DNA of 64,000 nucleotides from Euryarchaeota archaeon SM23-78 (GTDB taxonomy: Archaea; Nanobdellota; Nanobdellia; Woesearchaeales; SM23-78): positions 3,020 to 67,019 of the forward strand of contig LSSJ01000038.1 of the NCBI GenBank assembly GCA_001595785.1. Reading direction: 5' to 3'. Shown piece after piece: positions 63,998 through 64,000 of the stretch; position 1 is the first letter of the stretch; each line of letters begins with the position of its first letter. The position numbers and the translations under genes are program-made. Under the pieces are notes generated by a model. The model did not search any database. It saw only the letters and a program-made list of their open reading frames with translations, and had not been told where the DNA came from.

Positions 63998-64000
63998 AAT

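Overview
AT-rich archaeal chromosome segment. PolD large subunit DP2, MCM, TBP, aIF2-beta and RNase P p30 identify an archaeon; a small-genome, fermentative, DPANN-like lifestyle is inference only. Three blocks are visible. (1) 1-19.9 kb holds information-processing and housekeeping genes: DP2, acylphosphatase, aIF2-beta, a cation antiporter, a MacB-type ABC export operon, an OB-fold protein, MCM, TBP with a lysine-rich N-terminal extension, a degenerate ThiI/THUMP protein and RNase P p30. (2) 19.9-38.8 kb is an accessory surface island with four very large cysteine-rich secreted proteins (1905, 631, 993 and about 1295 aa). One carries an internal Hint/BIL-type autoprocessing domain. Five ORFs have archaeal class III (type IV pilin-like) signal peptides. 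The island is bracketed and punctuated by three copies of a roughly 135-160 nt GC-rich element whose stems co-vary. (3) 38.8-64 kb is an energy-metabolism block: ABC-2 exporter, a double thioredoxin-like ectoprotein, hypC, a maturation protease, a group 3b-type NiFe sulfhydrogenase (beta-gamma-delta-alpha), pta-ackA, porGDAB with a LAGLIDADG intein in PorB, and PEP synthase. The intergenic DNA is rich in recurring short elements: a conserved ~110-nt intercistronic module shared by the hydrogenase and POR operons, a post-stop-codon motif, and families of CAAAA...TTTTG hairpins. I recognised no rRNA, tRNA, CRISPR array, transposase or integrase. All functional calls come from reading the translations against remembered family motifs; no database search was possible.
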